Below, piece by piece: positions 45,918-48,290 of a stretch of DNA of 48,290 nt. The translations under genes and the position numbers were made by a program. Positions within the stretch are counted from its first letter, which is position 1. Every line of letters begins with the position of its first letter. The stretch comes from Perkinsus olseni (Eukaryota): assembly GCA_013115125.1 (NCBI GenBank), contig JABANN010000242.1, positions 1 to 48,290 on the forward strand, read 5' to 3'. The notes beneath the pieces were generated by a model. That model had not been told where the DNA came from. It worked only from the letters and a program-made list of their open reading frames with translations, and made no database searches.

Positions 45918-47898
45918 TCATTTACTGGATTCTCCAGCGGGCACTTTGACGATCCGGAAGAGCCTTCCTGCGACAATCGCAACTGGAGCGCAAATGGCGG
46001 ACAGTAGGGCGCCCAACTTGGCTTGAGCGAGCAGATCAGATTGGGTGTAGGCAGACTGTGCCACGAAAAGGGCGACAGTGAGACCAACTCCAGAGATGAT
46101 TCCAACCACGAATAGGTGCTTTAAGGTCATACCATCGGGTAGACCAAATTTAAACACCGTACTAGCGACCCATCCGAAAGCGAAGATTCCCACAGTCTTC
46201 CCGATCACAAGGGAGCACGTGATGGCCAATGTTACCAGACCGATTGAATCTCCACCAAGCCTCACGCCGGCGTTAGCCAGAGCGAAGAAGAAAAGACCAC
46301 AGTGTACAAAAAAGGCGCAATCGTGGTCAAACTTCTCCAGAGGACCCGCCACAACTCCCGCCGTCTCCAGCGGCTTAACAGAGTCGTCCATACTTGAGCT
46401 GGACCGTGAGTTCTCTTCAACAGCCTTACTTTTCCTTTTCTCCCTCCACCTGCGCCACTGCTTGACAAAGTAGTTGGGTTCACTAGTGTCAATCTCCTTA
46501 GGCATGAAAGGGACTATCATACACAGGGCCAGAGAAGCATGGACAGAAGCCTTCAATAGGCCATACCACGCTAGAGGGCCGCATAGGAACACGTACCATG
46601 CCCAATGCTTCAACTTCAACGTACGAAGAAAGAATGCCAACGCGCAGCCAGCCACGCATAAGAGCAAATAGACAAACTCGGCCTTGTATGGCGAAGGATA
46701 GAAGAAAGCGATGATGAGCACGCCTCCTACATCGTCCGCTACGGCCAAGAGCAATAGAAAGCGGATAGCAGCATGTCCACCACCAAATACGAATGAAGCC
46801 ACCAGCCATGCGATTGAGATGTCGGTAGCCACAACAATACCCCAGCCGTTGAGGAGGTCCGACAGGTCATGCTCGTAGCTGTCAAATCCGCCCAATGCGT
46901 TCATGGTGAACATCAGGGCGAAGAATACCGAAATAGGTCCCAGTATCCCACCTAGAGTACCTGACAAGCGGTCGATGGGGCAAAGGACGGCCGAGGCTCA
47001 ACCTACCCATTAAGGGCACAATAGCCTTCTTCATTGGGGACAATGAGCCTCCTGGCAACACTGCTACGACTATTTCCACCATAGCTATGCCAAAGAAGAA
47101 ACACATAAACACGTCATTAATGAGAAAGTGTAACGTGACCTGACGAAACAGGAACTTCACGGGGCAAGCCAACTGCCCCTCAGGCAGCGCTTACATGATG
47201 ACCACCGATGGTGAACCCCAGTTCCATGGTCTTGTCCTTATCCGTACCCCACAGATAGATATAGTTGTCTTCATCAATGTTAGCCCAGATAAGGGCTGCA
47301 AGAACACCCAATTGCAATGGTACAAAATAAGTCGTCGCAATACGCCGGATATACAAGTACCAATGTCTCCACGTTGTCAAGAACCTGGCCCAGCTCCAAC
47401 AGCTGCTGCTTCCGGAGCCCCAGCCGATGTTGGCCTACTTCCTGGGGTTCTCCACACTCGCCAAGGTCTCATCATGACCTCGGAAAAACTGGTCATGGGA
47501 CTCCAATGCCAGCTCTACTTTTAATCGAGTGGCCTCCATGGCCAGCGCGCCGTCCGTCGCAGCACGCTGCACGTTCTTCTGACAAATTGTGAACGTTAGA
47601 CTGAGGAACTGCATTTCTCGGGACTTACTTCCTCGTAAACATCTCGAGGAATCCTAGTTGGGGACGCGGCCATGAACTCTGAGTCAGTGCGTGGACGGAC
47701 GAAGCGGCTCCCCTGCGGGACCACCTCCGTAGTCTGGCTCCGGGATACTATAACCTCGGGAGCCTGCTGCAACAGCATCACACTCACTCCACCAGAAGCA
47801 CGTCATACCTCAGCGAAAAAAGCCCGCTTTCTCTCCGAATCTGCTTTGAACTCGGCATAGTTCAGAGTGAAGGCAGAGCCGCTGCTCTGATTATCCAT
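45918..47898 (-). CDS. nhaA: NhaA-type Na+/H+ antiporter, copy 2
   Basis: [54 protein letters not shown]. Same intron layout as copy 1; start approximate. Confidence 0.9.
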
Positions 47899-48290
47899 TC
47901 GAAATCTACTGTAAAAATTCAACAGTAGAAAGCAGATCTTCACGGGCTCTAGCTTAGTAACTCCAAGACGACCGCCAACGACTGTCGACGATTGCCGAAA
48001 GGCAGCCCCGAGTCGACAGCGCTAGCGAGCGTCGCTAGCTGAGCAGTGGTTCACTTTACACTATACCACAATGTGAACGATACCGGACAACTGGCAAGCA
48101 TTGCGAAGGCATCCAGACATCATTCAATAAACATTCTGACTACTGTAGATGAAGTTGCTACTGTCGCGTCACACGCTGGAGACAGTCGTGATAATAGCGC
48201 TCGCCCAAAAAAGAGATTGTGCTGCCGCGCGACTAAGTTAGCGAACGCCCTAAATATCTGAAACGGGCGGTTTCGTTCTAGTTCTGCGAG

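Noticed and set aside
1-48290. Stop-codon readthrough or alternative genetic code suggested by fragmented ORFs; spliced-leader RNA gene
   Set aside because: The fragmentation is explained by short spliceosomal introns, and no dinoflagellate/perkinsid-type leader (CCGTAGCCAT..GGCTCAAG) was seen by eye.

Overview
Gene-dense eukaryotic (protist) genomic DNA with many very short (~40-70 nt) mostly GT-AG introns, tiny intergenic gaps and frequent tandem paralogs. The style suggests an alveolate such as Perkinsus (inference, not confirmed). Genes fall into strand-coherent blocks. Plus strand, 1-8.7 kb: two RRM-KH-CCCH paralogs, a MINDY-3/4 deubiquitinase and a PPR-like protein. Minus strand, 9.7-18.2 kb: a lineage-specific secreted family (2 copies plus a relic), a CDK11-like kinase and proteasome alpha-2. 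Plus strand, 18.9-28 kb: a DHHC palmitoyltransferase, a Mei2-like RRM protein, a four-RRM SRSF2-like protein and its one-RRM paralog. A ~187-bp tandem tRNA-Leu(UAA) array with an assembly gap follows at 28.4-30.6 kb. Minus strand, 31-48 kb: PDCD2, a cytochrome b561-like protein, MDP-1, a ZIP transporter, two EamA/DMT and two bacterial-type NhaA antiporters. The best candidates for undescribed biology are (1) a structured 435-nt intron in the SR-like gene with a twice-repeated covarying stem motif, (2) the tRNA array, which lacks terminators after its tRNAs, sits at a convergent strand switch and is followed by a hairpin-rich insert, and (3) intron-bearing NhaA paralogs with eukaryote-like extensions. 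All exon boundaries were read by eye and are approximate.
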